Shown here: positions 50,201 through 58,900 of the stretch, one piece after another | Numbering within the stretch: the first letter of the stretch is position 1 | Layout of the letters: the number at the start of each line of letters is the position of its first letter | Virus record (IMG/VR): IMGVR_UViG_3300005274_000001 | Location: 1 to 64,000 of that record | DNA length: 64,000 bases | Source: a virus | Reading direction: 5' to 3' (one strand) | Notes under the pieces: generated by a model | Told to the model about the DNA's origin: nothing | The model's input: the letters and a program-made list of their open reading frames with translations, nothing else | Databases searched by the model: none | Made by a program: the position numbers and the translations under genes

Positions 50201-51844
50201 TTCGCCAAAGTTTCCTTTAGGGACAGGTAAAACTTCTTTGTTGTTGCCGTCAATTCTTATTAGGTTCCCTTTAGGATCCTTTTTTATGTTTAATAAAGCC
50301 CAAAGATCATCGAGTTCTTCTTTAAATTTGCCGCCTTTAATGAAAAGGTTAAATAATTCTCTATGGTAATCTTTTTCATCAGGCGGAAAAAGTTTATCAA
50401 TAACGCTAGGATCTTCTTCAGCACTAGGAATATTTTCTCTTACTCCTCTTTCAAAAATTCTTGCAGAAATGTCTTTTTTGAGAATTTTTTCGGCTTCTTC
50501 AATTGCAGAGGAATCAATATTTTGATAAAGAGGATGTAAGTATTTTTGTCTGCCTACTGGAAGTCCAAATATCCTTGCAGTATCATCGTCTAGCTTGATA
50601 ATATTTCCTGTAGGTATATCTAAAACGCCCGCAGGTATTATTGCATTGCTACCTAGTATTTCTGCTACTAACGCATCGATATCTGTTTGCGCAGCACCTC
50701 TTCTGTTTAGTAGTTTTGGATTTTGTATTACTTCAGTAAGCAAGTTGTCAAGAATTCTTTCATATTCTTCGCTGTCAATTTTCAGCAGTCTTTTTAATTC
50801 TGTAAACAATGCTGAACTGCTAGCACCTTGAGAACGAAGTTTTAGAAGGTTATCAGTAAAGAAAACCTCTTTTCCAGAGAATTGGTCTTTTGTAGCTAAA
50901 TATGTTGAAAGGTTTGTAAGATACTTGTTTTCTGGATCGTAAACATAAACATAATCAAAATTGTTTCTTTGTCCTTGTGTTGAAAGCTTCTTTTCTTGTT
51001 GCAGATACTTCTTTGCGTCAGAGTCTACTGCTTGAAGTAAGTCTTTTAGAAGTTTCTTTTTAGCCTCTGTAATTCCTCTAAAGTAGATTCCTTCTTTTAG
51101 AATTTCATCAATTAAGCCTTCGTCTTGCTTTTTCTTTTGCAAAGAAGCTTCAATTAATCCAGCAACATCCTCTTTTGAAGCTTTTCCTGATTGAACCCTA
51201 GAAAGCGCTTGTGCAGTATTCTTGTTTGAAGGTATGAGCATCCAAGGTCTTCCTTCTTCAAGCTGTTCTACTTTTACACCTAAGAACTTTCCTCCAGTTA
51301 AAACACGACCATCCTCAACATTGTAAGCAATATAACCTGCAGGAACTTTTTCTACAATACCTTTTTCATTAGCAAACTGAGAATAGTTAATGGACTTAGT
51401 AGTAGCCAAAAGAATAATGTCTTTGCTTCTTTCATGAAAGCTAAACAGAATATCCTCAATAGACTTTATGTAGTTTTTCATATCCACCTCATCCTCTTCT
51501 GTTTCTAATTGTATATCTTCTAAAAGCGAAAGTGATTTTAATGTTCTGTCAGAGATTTTTTCTACTTTTTCTATCTTGAAGCCATGCCAAACGAGAATTC
51601 CGGGTAAAACGAAAAAAGCTTCTTCTTCTTTTATTTCTAAACCAACAAATACTTGAACACTAAATTTTCCGTTCTTTTTTGAAACAGGATAAAAAATTTC
51701 TCTCTCCAAAATTTGTTCTAGCGCAAATTTCACATTGTCGTTAGATGATTTTATGTAGTAATCTTGTATTTTATTTTTTGCTAGGATAAAGTGAACTTCT
51801 GCAGTATTATCTCCTTGAGAGAGATGATAAACAACTTTCTTCAT
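47273..51844 (-). CDS. Giant SF2 (SNF2-like) helicase/translocase
   Basis: Q motif LQPYQ, motif I AHATGLGKT, II LLVDEAS, III NATAMSN, V ARGVNM, VI QMLGRAFR. Confidence 0.85.
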   Translation of the reverse strand: MKKVVYHLSQGDNTAEVHFILAKNKIQDYYIKSSNDNVKFALEQILEREIFYPVSKKNGKFSVQVFVGLEIKEEEAFFVLPGILVWHGFKIEKVEKISDRTLKSLSLLEDIQLETEEDEVDMKNYIKSIEDILFSFHERSKDIILLATTKSINYSQFANEKGIVEKVPAGYIAYNVEDGRVLTGGKFLGVKVEQLEEGRPWMLIPSNKNTAQALSRVQSGKASKEDVAGLIEASLQKKKQDEGLIDEILKEGIYFRGITEAKKKLLKDLLQAVDSDAKKYLQQEKKLSTQGQRNNFDYVYVYDPENKYLTNLSTYLATKDQFSGKEVFFTDNLLKLRSQGASSSALFTELKRLLKIDSEEYERILDNLLTEVIQNPKLLNRRGAAQTDIDALVAEILGSNAIIPAGVLDIPTGNIIKLDDDTARIFGLPVGRQKYLHPLYQNIDSSAIEEAEKILKKDISARIFERGVRENIPSAEEDPSVIDKLFPPDEKDYHRELFNLFIKGGKFKEELDDLWALLNIKKDPKGNLIRIDGNNKEVLPVPKGNFGEKFPLRWMPLLLHKFGIIGYNSKIGPISYNERIKFADPKISLQPYQVQALLKFLHPHYLRHTSKLENLQKVGMFIAHATGLGKTFTGLLAYAFATNLGLHKVSYKRDNKEITFDQRPALAVMPESIAKGWIDDAETLFGWKVGQDIFVIEGNPQQRREKWSQLLDLWARANRGEKVNLPKMVIMKLSTFQKMESASAEDEADKYFLNLLSGPSIISHKGQKLAVPFGMFGMLLVDEASTIFSKSSARRRHIEDISDSITSDANRGYTLLLNATAMSNSPRDFSSAMEMMFYQGHLFRRILGDPVIKTPGGPVINEDMLRASATYLDVVGSTDLELKGIELDIKTDDPLAWPTSPVDPQKLSSDDPLVREPEKTKQKFEEMFLTVASTIYQIAKLYKEDRHVMTTIYDPVTQSRKEVDSKLFYEMYVPGFATLFSYVQGGAFTWERALEYGFTSFDEEGPFIIIDEDNKPKNASVREIAIRSLVDTLASISPNILDRFGSNNVLKDLIPKIKEYRSAEGEKKARLKREILDLATKVPVVSFGNTQYTFADLLSLGFENVVTHGLGSAEIEFDVDVNASREKKQQKFKKGFKIRFPGYAWNKKIDKEQEKSGTLQRRTGVSGALEQKKQKTGSERKISIETRNKMMKYTFFITPMLSDNKYLYYPVIQNTAQGEFKIRLVKQDLQTGVRTLVDRNDPKAAPFLNEDGTLNENFTIRQSEGNDITLDTIGEQIGKELDRASYNAIATTEQFKRVVEEALKPFSTADKASNNLGRKILITSPSTAFVKALDFVIDNIRRNTPLGRMFRNLVPIFGDKGVVEALKRYYNGSVTGETDMADRMKIIESHNANNKPSITVLSRALARGVNMPSQRIVVHGATFSYETILQMLGRAFRPGGKQRGKVDASIVLPQSVAAVLGLKSFEVKKIFDTQKLLADNTPILEQDEEAEYEAIMQEREEAFYRKVADALANIITPVKIEIK

Positions 51845-52704
51845 AGTTCCTCCAAGAACTTTTCTAGATTTCTCATGTATGCGAAGACTTTAGGGAATTG
51901 TTGAAGATAATTTCTGTGGAAAAAGTAGAAAACAAAAGCCTCTATAAAATCTTCTTTTGGCCCAAGTGTAGATTCTAAGCTGATAACCTCATCGTTATCA
52001 TGATACAAATTTTTATTCAGTTTTAGACCGAAAAACTCGCCAGCTCTTAAATCTTCTTCAGAAAGTTTTTCTCTTTTCCAGCCCCTCAAAGATATAAATT
52101 TTTCAATTTGCTCAGGAAAAGAAGCAGAAAGCTTTTGAAAAGTAATATTTGCAATTTCCTTAGCAGTAGCTAGAGAAGCTACTGAAATTCCTTGAGTAAA
52201 GTTAGGTACTCTTCTCACTACGGGAACAGTTAGATAGAGGTAATAAGGCTGAAAAACATGAAGATAAATTTTGTCATGCGAGAAACTAGAACCTATAATT
52301 GCCAAATCAGGATCAAAGTCTACAAGTTCTCTAATCTCACTTTTTTTGTGCCAATAGACTTTTGTGATTTTGAAGAGATTAAACACAATTTCTACTTGCT
52401 TGAAAACAGCACGAAGATTCAAAAGCGCATAAAAAGGAATTACATTATCTACTACTAGCGCTGCAAAACTTAGAAGCTCTTCTTTGTTCAACCTAGCAAC
52501 TTTGTTTTCGTCAATATTTCCTTCGTCATCGTAGATATCGATAGTAGGATCATAAAACAAACCTTGGTCTTTCGCTTCTAAAAGTCTTAAAGCAGATAAA
52601 GTTGAATCGCTAGGAGAATATTGTCCTACTTCATAAAAATTGTTTGAAAAAGGAACTGGATAATTTGGCGCAATTAAAGGATTATCTTCGCTAATTCTTG
52701 CCAC
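51841..52704 (-). CDS. Hypothetical protein, degenerate zincin-like C-terminus
   Basis: PKEDFIEAFVFYF...LQQFPKVFAYM resembles the end of the 36979 protein but HExxH is absent (AKEIAN); leaderless GTG. Confidence 0.55.
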   Translation of the reverse strand: MARISEDNPLIAPNYPVPFSNNFYEVGQYSPSDSTLSALRLLEAKDQGLFYDPTIDIYDDEGNIDENKVARLNKEELLSFAALVVDNVIPFYALLNLRAVFKQVEIVFNLFKITKVYWHKKSEIRELVDFDPDLAIIGSSFSHDKIYLHVFQPYYLYLTVPVVRRVPNFTQGISVASLATAKEIANITFQKLSASFPEQIEKFISLRGWKREKLSEEDLRAGEFFGLKLNKNLYHDNDEVISLESTLGPKEDFIEAFVFYFFHRNYLQQFPKVFAYMRNLEKFLEEL

Positions 52705-52755
52705 AAGACTATTTTAACATTTGTTTTGTGTTTGGTATTTAAAATACTTTTATTG

Positions 52756-54618
52756 TTACATGGCAACGCCACCCCCACCTGCTTGAGGTAGTTCGCTGTA
52801 AACATACACAGAATAGTGTAATCTTTTTTGATTGTCAAAGAAAATTTGTGGAATATGTACAGAAGCGCCTCTATTGCGATAAGTATCACTAGGAGAAGTT
52901 ACATAAAGCGGTGCAGCATCTAGTATTTTATATTCTTTTACAAGATTTCCTTGCTCATCAAAAGAAAATCTGAACAAAACGATAACTAAATATTCTTCTA
53001 TTGGGGAGTCGTTTGGAACAGATCCTGAATCGTTTTGTGTAGCCAAAAACCTAAAAGCAGCTACCATCGATAAACTACACCCATCGCTAAAACTTTGTAC
53101 TGCATTTAATAGCTGAATAAACTCATCACCTGTGCGTGTGAAATAAACATAGTCTATGTAATAAAGCCATAGAGAAGAACAGTCAGAGATTGCATATTTG
53201 TAAGATAAAATTTGACATATATCTGACTTCGCTGAGTTATTTACAAATACTCCATAAGGAGTTGCTGGATTTGTTGTTTTTTCTTCGAAAATTGGCAAAG
53301 CACTATTAAAAAAGAAATAGTCAAAATCCCAACTGTTGTCTTCGCTTACGCCAGTAAAATAAATTTCATTAAAAACAAATTTTAGATTTACCTCATCAAA
53401 GTCATAGACAACAAAGGTTGCTGGAATTCTCAAATCAAAATCAGTATAGTGCGACATTGCTACATTTGTTTTACCAATATCTGGTAAATCTTCTATCGTT
53501 AAGTAATCAATTGTTCCCACCAGAACAACTTTGTTGCCAATTTTGAAAAACTTACCATCAATAAAATCGCTATGGTTAACATATGTATTACTTACATTAA
53601 GTAGATTTGTAAGAAGAATGTTCAGATCACTATAAAGGGCTGGAGTGTAAAAATCGGATATTGTTAAACCATTTTGATTAGAAAACTTAATAACTTTTAA
53701 TAGTAATGGTTCAAATTCGACACTAAACCCACTAGTATCATTGTAAAAATCAAAGTAAAGATGCGTTCCTAGAACAAACAAATCATCAGAATTATACACA
53801 GGATACAAAACGTAGTCGTTTACTTGAAATGTATATGGATCCAAAGTGCTTATTCCATAATCTGAAGGGTTTGTAGAAAATGACAACTGCTGTTGTGCAA
53901 GTATACTCCTTTGACCACCTTGCGTATCTAATGAATACATCAAAAGTTTAGGCATGTAGATATCTGATGCAGAGCTTATTCCTGCATATAAAAATAAGCT
54001 ATTTCCTTTATACTTCAAAAATCCTTGTTCATTTGTTGCGCTATTTGGTAGACAACCTCCAAGGGCTGCATGTTCCAAAATTGGAATTTCTATTCTTTCT
54101 AAAGTCATTGAAGTAGGAGAAATCCTAAAAATAAGATAGATATCGAAGGAAGATAAAATGTAGATGTTAAAAGAATTAATAGTTCTAAACAGGGAATTTT
54201 TTACTTTAATAACCGCCAAATATTCATCAGAACTTACTTGTTGAAGGTCATAAAAATATATTCTATCACCATCAATATAAAGTTTATAGATTTGTTCATC
54301 ACCTACGACATTGCACAAATGTGGCATAAGAGCGTTAAGAATTTCACTATCTACATAAGTTAAGTCAATTGATGATACAACGCTGCAGACATCTTCATAA
54401 CAACTTGTTTCATCTACAAGTTTTGCCTCAACTACATAGTTTTGAATTACTTCATCATATCTTCTTGCAAAATAAAAAAGATAGTTTTTTCCGTTTATAG
54501 GAAACTTAAACGAGGAATAAATATTATTTTCATGAAAATAGGAAGGTAGCAACTCATCAATAAATTCGTTAAAGTTTGGTTCTTGTGTTTGATTTATGTT
54601 TACGCAATCTATTCCCAT
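52756..54618 (-). CDS. ~600-aa paralog family member 4
   Basis: NSALPIFEEK...DICQIL...KILDA shared with neighbours; TATAAT-7 nt-ATG. Confidence 0.8.
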   Translation of the reverse strand: MGIDCVNINQTQEPNFNEFIDELLPSYFHENNIYSSFKFPINGKNYLFYFARRYDEVIQNYVVEAKLVDETSCYEDVCSVVSSIDLTYVDSEILNALMPHLCNVVGDEQIYKLYIDGDRIYFYDLQQVSSDEYLAVIKVKNSLFRTINSFNIYILSSFDIYLIFRISPTSMTLERIEIPILEHAALGGCLPNSATNEQGFLKYKGNSLFLYAGISSASDIYMPKLLMYSLDTQGGQRSILAQQQLSFSTNPSDYGISTLDPYTFQVNDYVLYPVYNSDDLFVLGTHLYFDFYNDTSGFSVEFEPLLLKVIKFSNQNGLTISDFYTPALYSDLNILLTNLLNVSNTYVNHSDFIDGKFFKIGNKVVLVGTIDYLTIEDLPDIGKTNVAMSHYTDFDLRIPATFVVYDFDEVNLKFVFNEIYFTGVSEDNSWDFDYFFFNSALPIFEEKTTNPATPYGVFVNNSAKSDICQILSYKYAISDCSSLWLYYIDYVYFTRTGDEFIQLLNAVQSFSDGCSLSMVAAFRFLATQNDSGSVPNDSPIEEYLVIVLFRFSFDEQGNLVKEYKILDAAPLYVTSPSDTYRNRGASVHIPQIFFDNQKRLHYSVYVYSELPQAGGGGVAM

Positions 54619-54691
54619 ATTTGGTATTATAAATAACTTTTCTCGTTTTTACATATTTGTATGAGATTTTGTTATACGAAAAACTCAACTA

Positions 54692-56638
54692 TTACTGAGG
54701 AGGATATACACTATATGGGTTTTTAATGTACAAAAACATAAAATCTTTCACAAAATCCGATTCAGTAAACATTTGGCGCAAAACAATAGAATTTCTTCTG
54801 TTAAAATAGTTATCTTGGTAGTATTCGTTTGTTGGATCAATTGTGTATAACTTATCAGCGTCTAGGATTTTTACTATAACTTCGTTTGATGAATCGTCTA
54901 GATTTACATATAAAGCAATAGTAATGTAAAATTCGTCTACAAGAATACTTCCGTATCTTTCTTGGCTTTGATTACCTTGAAGACCAGGATTTTTAGCTAC
55001 AGGAATAGTAAAAACAATTCCAGCAATACAATCGTTGTAAAATTCTACAAAACCAACAGAAAAATCGTTGCTTTCGTAGTATATGGATTTGTAAAAGCGA
55101 TAAGACAAACATTCTGTATAATCAATGTCTGAATGTTTAGAAGATAAAATTGAACAAATGTCTGCATTAAAGTCTTGTTTTATAACCAAACCTGGAGGAC
55201 TTTCAGGGGAAGAAGATTGTTTTTTGTCTTCAAATAAAGGAAGTTCGCTATTGTAAAATTCTATGTTTCCTGAAGATGTCTGAAATGTAAAACAACCGCT
55301 CTTTTTAGCCGTATTTAAAGTATACTTAGTTCCATTTTTTGTAAAAATCATTACACTAGGCGGAGGAGAACAGAAATTCAAGTCATCGTTTCCTGTTAAA
55401 GCAGAGTTTGTTGATCCACCATAAGAAGATGTGTCAAAAATATCACTAAATTTTGGATATGCAAAAATAACTAACTTATTATTTTTTTCTTTTGCAAAGA
55501 ACAAGTTTTTCTTATAAAAAAGCCTATAGTGCAATATGTCATCATAAATATATACAAAATCAGTATATATACTACTTGAACCGAGAGAAGACAAATAAGA
55601 AGATTTGTAAAATTCTTTTGGATTTTCTCTCACAAATGGAAAATAATTAGAAAAAGAGAAATTGAAATTTTCATCAAGACTAACAACTCTAATGTATACC
55701 AAGTAAAGAGTTATATATTGTCCATTAGCATAAGTAGAAACATAAAAAGCAATGGGTTCTAAAAATTCCATTTTGTCTGAATATATTTTCCTAATTGGTG
55801 AGTCTGGAATAAAAGGCAGTACACTATAATCTCTATCATAAACATCTAAATCAATAGAAAAGTTTTCCAAAAGATGAGAAGTATCGGTAAGATAATTTTC
55901 TGTTATCGTTTCTACTTTAATTGTTGTTATACTTGGTTGTCCGTTTGAAAAGCCAACAGAAAAAACATGATAAGTATGATACCAAGTAAAACTTTCGCTA
56001 CTGTAATCATAGTCTAAATAAGAAACCAAAAATACATTATCTTTTAAATGAACTATTCCCATTGGCTCAATATCGGGTACTTGTGGATAAAATGAAAGGG
56101 GGTGATAAATTCCTTCTAAAACAATAGTTTCATGATTTACTTTGTAAATGAAGTACACACTAGAGGTAAACAAACGAACAGTTGACCACTCTACTTGTTT
56201 TGCAACCTCAATAAAAGCTTCTTCAACAAAGTAAAAACCATCTGTTGTTTTAAAGATTATATTTTTGTCGTGGTTATAGCTAGACCTATATCTAACCGTA
56301 ATGTCTGTTTCATTTGAAAAAAGGGGGTGAGAAAGAAATTCGTTGATAACATTCAGCATATCGTTAGTAGGATTGTAGGCGAAAATTGTTTCAAGACAAT
56401 CGCCGCTGTCTAAGGTACAGCCATCAAGAATTTTGTATAACTTCAATCTATATTCAAAACTACCCAACTGAGAATTGCGGTTTAAGTATTCACTTTGAAG
56501 TAAATACAGCTCGTTGTTGTTTTCCCAAAATGCATTTATTTGATAATATGGTTGCCATCTTCCATCTTCAGAAACTCGCCAATAAGTTAATTCTGTATTT
56601 TTTTGTTCGCTTTGTTTTTGTATGCAATTTGTAGCCAT
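54692..56638 (-). CDS. ~600-aa paralog family member 3
   Basis: NSELPLFEDKK...PPGLVIKQDFNADICSIL...KILDA. Confidence 0.8.
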   Translation of the reverse strand: MATNCIQKQSEQKNTELTYWRVSEDGRWQPYYQINAFWENNNELYLLQSEYLNRNSQLGSFEYRLKLYKILDGCTLDSGDCLETIFAYNPTNDMLNVINEFLSHPLFSNETDITVRYRSSYNHDKNIIFKTTDGFYFVEEAFIEVAKQVEWSTVRLFTSSVYFIYKVNHETIVLEGIYHPLSFYPQVPDIEPMGIVHLKDNVFLVSYLDYDYSSESFTWYHTYHVFSVGFSNGQPSITTIKVETITENYLTDTSHLLENFSIDLDVYDRDYSVLPFIPDSPIRKIYSDKMEFLEPIAFYVSTYANGQYITLYLVYIRVVSLDENFNFSFSNYFPFVRENPKEFYKSSYLSSLGSSSIYTDFVYIYDDILHYRLFYKKNLFFAKEKNNKLVIFAYPKFSDIFDTSSYGGSTNSALTGNDDLNFCSPPPSVMIFTKNGTKYTLNTAKKSGCFTFQTSSGNIEFYNSELPLFEDKKQSSSPESPPGLVIKQDFNADICSILSSKHSDIDYTECLSYRFYKSIYYESNDFSVGFVEFYNDCIAGIVFTIPVAKNPGLQGNQSQERYGSILVDEFYITIALYVNLDDSSNEVIVKILDADKLYTIDPTNEYYQDNYFNRRNSIVLRQMFTESDFVKDFMFLYIKNPYSVYPPQ

Positions 56639-56715
56639 ATCTGTTTATAGTATATAAAAAAATAAAGCTTTTTCAAAACAAAGTCTTGTTCTCTATTTTC
56701 TTCGTCTGATACATG

Positions 56716-56745
56716 TTGACAGGTTTTCTGAAGAGGGTGTATTAT
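56716..56745 (+). promoter_or_regulatory. sigmaA-type promoter reading into the mini-IS
   Basis: TTGACA-18 nt-TATTAT; ATG 6 nt later (56752). Confidence 0.75.
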
Positions 56746-56782
56746 ATAAGCATGAAGCGCAAGCGTTTTAACTTGTGTTGTG

Positions 56783-56994
56783 CAAGAAGTCCTCATCTTC
56801 TAAAGATGGAGATGAATTGCACTTAACGAAAATTATCATTTTGCTATACAATATACCTGTATCGCAACGATAATCAAGTTGCGATACAACTATCGAGTAG
56901 GGCTGGAACGGTCCGAATTTACGCCTGTGGAGATCGCTAGTAAGCGGTCGATGAAGCAGGAAGCTACCACTTCTATAAGTGAGTAGCAGTTCAC
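56783..56994 (+). mobile_element. Non-autonomous IS200/IS605 mini-element (LE + RE only, 212 bp)
   Basis: LE caagaagtcctcatcttctaaagatggagatgaattg; RE gaagctaccacttctataagtgagtagcagttcac ending TCAC; both hairpins share a cttcta-aag loop; no tnpA/tnpB. Confidence 0.85.
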
Positions 56995-57012
56995 TATCTG
57001 TTTATGAGAGAG
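56897..57012 (+). ncRNA. TnpB-type omegaRNA scaffold plus flank-derived guide
   Basis: gggctggaacggtcc-gaatttacgcctgtggag-atcgctagtaagcggtc-gatgaagcaggaagc...ttcac, followed by tatctgtttatgagagag. Confidence 0.75.
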
Positions 57013-57020
57013 TTCATTTT

Positions 57021-58862
57021 TTACATAGGTATAAGAGGTTCATGATTTAATAGCAAAAATCTTTTTGTAGAACTCGGAGTACTGTTAACATTTAATACCT
57101 CAAAAGTTTTTACAAAATCGGGGTCAGAAATTGGACCAGCGTCAACAATTTTTGTGCAAATAGGATAGCTTTCATCTTGTAGATCTATTGAAAATAGAGC
57201 TATAATATAGTACTCCTCTTGAGCATCAGAAATATTTGGAGCTACAGTAAACTTATACCACAGATAAAGTTTTCCATTGTTTACTAAAGCTGCATAATCT
57301 CTTGGTTTATACCGAGAATAAAATCTATCGTAAACGGGATCTTTGTAAAAAGTGTTATTTAAGCAAGCTTGAAAATCAATACTACTATCTTTTTCTGCTA
57401 TCTTTTGGCAAATTTGTTGGTTATAGTCTTGTTTTACAACTAAACCTGGAGGATTACCAGGAGAAGGAACATCTTTTTTAGAAACAAACAAAGGTAAATC
57501 GCTATGAACAAAGTGATAATAATCTCCACTACCGCCTATTTCATCTGTCCAAAATTCTGTCCAAAAAGATCTGTATTTTTTAGATAACACAAAATTTCCA
57601 TCTTCTGTTTTTTCATAAATTAAGATATTTGGAGGATGTGTTCTAAAATATCCATCATCGGGCGCTGTATAAAAAAGAACATTTTCTGCACCTAAGTCTA
57701 AAAGATCAAATGTTTCAGCTGCCGAATAATGTCCAACGAGTATAAGCTTGTTATCATAGTAGAAAGAAAAAAGTTCGTAGGGTTCATATATAAACATATA
57801 TGTAAAATATTCTGTATTAGCCAATGATTGTATAGAATTTACTGAAAACAAATCTGGAGAATTATTTAACAGAAATGGTTTAGATATTGAAAAATTGTAA
57901 TTATCGTCTATAGATATTTCTTTTAAGAATAAAGGTTGAGATTCGAGATAAAAGCTTCCAATTTCTGCATAGAAGTCGTACAAATAAAAACTATCAAGAA
58001 CCCTCACTTGGCCGTTTTCTATTCTAGTAGAAAAGTTTTCAAAGTTTTCACTTCTAAAGCCATTTGCGTAATAATAGGAAAAACCAGAAACATCCAAACC
58101 TAATTTGTTTAACCAATCCGAAACATCATTAATATTAAGAGTAAAGGGCTCTTCTTGGTAGGTTGTAATCAAAGAATTTGTTTCAACATCATAGACATGA
58201 TAAACATTGTAAATATACGCAGTATAGTCGTCCAAATGATCACTATAAGTATTTGTGATGAGAAATTTATTATCTTTTAAATATTCAACATAAGTTGGCG
58301 CATAAATTGGACACATATCCTGAATCCATGATAATTCAAGAGGAATTGAAAACACTTCAATTCCACTATTTGAAATTTTATAAATCAAGTGTACCCTATG
58401 ATAAAAAGGATAGATATAGTACCATCCATCAAGTATTGTCCTACCTACAATTGAGATTTGCGGCAATTGTGGTATATAAAAGATTCCATCATTTGTTTTA
58501 TATACTTTAGCAGGAACGTTACCAGAATCACGAATTTGTAGATAAAAAACTTCCAAGTTGTCTATGTTAGAAAAACACGGATGCTGCAGCAAAGAATTTT
58601 TTAATTCTATAACAACATTTGTGGGATCAGCAGTTTCAATTACTGTGTAACTTTGTGGATTCCAAGGATTTACGCTTCCTTCGATTTTTAATAAAGTCGG
58701 AACATAAATCCTAAAACCTAACTCAGAAAAATACACGTAATCTCTTCTTACTGCATATAATTCCCCATTAACTTCAAAAAAGGCCTCTAAATCAAGTAAA
58801 TCTGAAGATGTAAAAATAGAGGGCTTTTGTTCCTTAGTTAATTCTGAGCAATATAGTTCCAT
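57021..58862 (-). CDS. ~600-aa paralog family member 2
   Basis: HSDLPLFVSKK...PPGLVVKQDYNQQICQKI...KIVDA; start moved to MELYC (TGTATAAT-6 nt-ATG). Confidence 0.8.
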   Translation of the reverse strand: MELYCSELTKEQKPSIFTSSDLLDLEAFFEVNGELYAVRRDYVYFSELGFRIYVPTLLKIEGSVNPWNPQSYTVIETADPTNVVIELKNSLLQHPCFSNIDNLEVFYLQIRDSGNVPAKVYKTNDGIFYIPQLPQISIVGRTILDGWYYIYPFYHRVHLIYKISNSGIEVFSIPLELSWIQDMCPIYAPTYVEYLKDNKFLITNTYSDHLDDYTAYIYNVYHVYDVETNSLITTYQEEPFTLNINDVSDWLNKLGLDVSGFSYYYANGFRSENFENFSTRIENGQVRVLDSFYLYDFYAEIGSFYLESQPLFLKEISIDDNYNFSISKPFLLNNSPDLFSVNSIQSLANTEYFTYMFIYEPYELFSFYYDNKLILVGHYSAAETFDLLDLGAENVLFYTAPDDGYFRTHPPNILIYEKTEDGNFVLSKKYRSFWTEFWTDEIGGSGDYYHFVHSDLPLFVSKKDVPSPGNPPGLVVKQDYNQQICQKIAEKDSSIDFQACLNNTFYKDPVYDRFYSRYKPRDYAALVNNGKLYLWYKFTVAPNISDAQEEYYIIALFSIDLQDESYPICTKIVDAGPISDPDFVKTFEVLNVNSTPSSTKRFLLLNHEPLIPM

Positions 58863-58900
58863 AAAAATATTATACATTTTTGAAGACAATAACTTGAAGT

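Noticed and set aside
33951-50831. Numerous plus-strand 60-150 aa ORFs opposite structural genes (and similar antisense ORFs elsewhere, e.g. 14965..15393, 21310..21681, 61134..62017)
   Set aside because: Antisense shadows of long genes; Ser/Phe/Leu-biased, without promoters or SD.
56752-56826. 24-aa ORF MKRKRFNLCCARSPHLLKMEMNCT
   Set aside because: Chimera of flank and IS left end; at most the relic of a small interrupted gene.
56783-56994. Orphan omegaRNA as a second guide for the TnpB at 21177
   Set aside because: Scaffold and ends are IS200/IS605 type and show no visible similarity to the IS607 3' hairpins; cross-loading is unlikely though untested.
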